From: Hydrurus foetidus | Lineage: Eukaryota | NCBI GenBank assembly: GCA_900617105.1 | Contig: UYFQ01000032.1 | Location: forward strand, 310,001-374,000 | Length of the DNA: 64,000 bases | Direction: 5' to 3' | Part shown: positions 63,163-64,000 of the stretch, in pieces | How positions within the stretch are numbered: position 1 is the stretch's first letter | Layout: each line of letters opens with the position of its first letter | Notes under the pieces: generated by a model | Databases searched by the model: none | What the model saw: the letters and a program-made list of their open reading frames with translations, nothing else | What the model was told of the DNA's origin: nothing | Made by a program: the position numbers and the translations under genes

Positions 63163-63672
63163 TCAACCCCGCTTGAACATCCGTGCCAGCAGCCAGCCAC
63201 TCAGCACGCTAAACCCCGCAAAGCACAGAAACGACCAGTTGGCAATCGAGCCACCCAAGAGCGTCCAATCCACCTTGGTGCAGTCCCCACCACCCCGGAA
63301 GATCATCGGAATCGCGCGTTTGAGCGGAAAAGTTTCCACCATCCCGTAAAAATCCCGCCCACAGGTCACCACCTCGGGCGGATACCACTGCAACCAGGTC
63401 TGCATAGCCGCCACATACGCGCCGCCCACGGCAAACAGAAGCAGCAGCGACGTGAAGGTGATTTGCAAGCCTTTTTTGCCACTTATGCTTGCCAGACCAG
63501 CGAAGACAGCTACAAAAATAAGAGCATACCGCTGCACAATGCACATCGGGCACGGCTCCAGCCCCACCACATGTTGCAGGTACAGGCCAAAAGCCAGCAT
63601 GGCGATACAAGCGACGCACAACAGCGCCAACACACGGCGCGGTGCCGCATCAATCCAACTCATCAACAGCAT
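63163..63672 (-). CDS. dsbB: Disulfide bond formation protein B
   Basis: EPCPMCIVQR, a second Cys pair, four TM segments; start at MLLMSW. Confidence 0.93.
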   Translation of the reverse strand: MLLMSWIDAAPRRVLALLCVACIAMLAFGLYLQHVVGLEPCPMCIVQRYALIFVAVFAGLASISGKKGLQITFTSLLLLFAVGGAYVAAMQTWLQWYPPEVVTCGRDFYGMVETFPLKRAIPMIFRGGGDCTKVDWTLLGGSIANWSFLCFAGFSVLSGWLLARMFKRG

Positions 63673-63823
63673 TCGATTCCTTTGGGCACTCAAGGCCTGG
63701 GTTAAGGGTGGACGGTATTGTCTGTGGGTTTGTGTGAGGTTAGGGGGACAAGTTCCATTGGGCTGCGTGCAAGCTTCAGTGGAAAACAGGATGGAAATGT
63801 CAGTTGGCGAGTTGCCTGAACCG

Positions 63824-64000
63824 CTACCAGCGGCGGTGCCCCCAACCCCGCTGACCGTAGGCGCCAGCACCCCCATACCCACCGCCGTAATACCCCGGCG
63901 TCACCACCACAGGGGGGGCGACTTGCACGGCGGGGCGCACGACCACTGGCCCACCGTAGCCGTAGCCATACGGGGCGGGCACCACGGCGCAGCCGGTGAG
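63824..64000 (-). CDS. Small Gly/Tyr/Pro-rich lipoprotein (5'-truncated by the window; not in the ORF track)
   Basis: Manual translation: LTGCAVVPAPYGYGYGGPVVVRPAV...GYYGGGYGG...GWGHRRW*, with an LTGC lipobox. Confidence 0.7.
   Translation of the reverse strand, partial: LTGCAVVPAPYGYGYGGPVVVRPAVQVAPPVVVTPGYYGGGYGGAGAYGQRGWGHRRW

Noticed and set aside
63673..63882. N-terminal extension of DsbB in the ORF track (similar extensions on dapA, purF, coaBC, DUF4331 and the receptor)
   Set aside because: Upstream in-frame starts add non-homologous sequence. For DsbB the extension overlaps the neighbouring lipoprotein gene, and PurF needs Cys at position 2.

Overview
Betaproteobacterial chromosome segment. 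The gene content and order are typical of Comamonadaceae (inference). In order it holds: the end of a cellulose synthase operon (bcsB, bcsC, a TPR gene); dapA-bamC; a roxA-like gene; dut-coaBC; an AT-rich MCP gene sitting behind a decayed duplicate of the pyrG 5' end; pyrG-kdsA-eno-ftsB; pnuC and a nadR-like gene; hslO; a ~10.7 kb satellite-like integrative element in the 3' end of tRNA-Leu(TAA) (integrase, alpA, primase-helicase, two toxin-antitoxin pairs, no capsid or terminase); seven tRNAs; bktB; gltX; folC-dedD-cvpA-purF; phoD; a DUF4331/TPR/HupE operon divergent from a TonB-dependent receptor; a cyanophycin locus (DUF1854, ABC exporter, cphA', cphA); and dsbB. Main non-obvious signals: (1) a fixed-geometry ~55-60 bp DNA motif (TGCT-N10-TAGC-N7-GC...) found about 12 times, mostly overprinted on housekeeping coding sequence; (2) a C4/P4-CI-like antisense RNA with both target pairs, plus a bipartite iteron origin, in the satellite; (3) two integrase-free AT-rich cargo genes, each flanked by decayed duplications of host gene ends; (4) twin divergent ECF-type promoters driving a secreted system whose mature proteins start with His/ATCUN motifs. 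No CRISPR array or rRNA was seen. All calls were made by eye; no searches were run.
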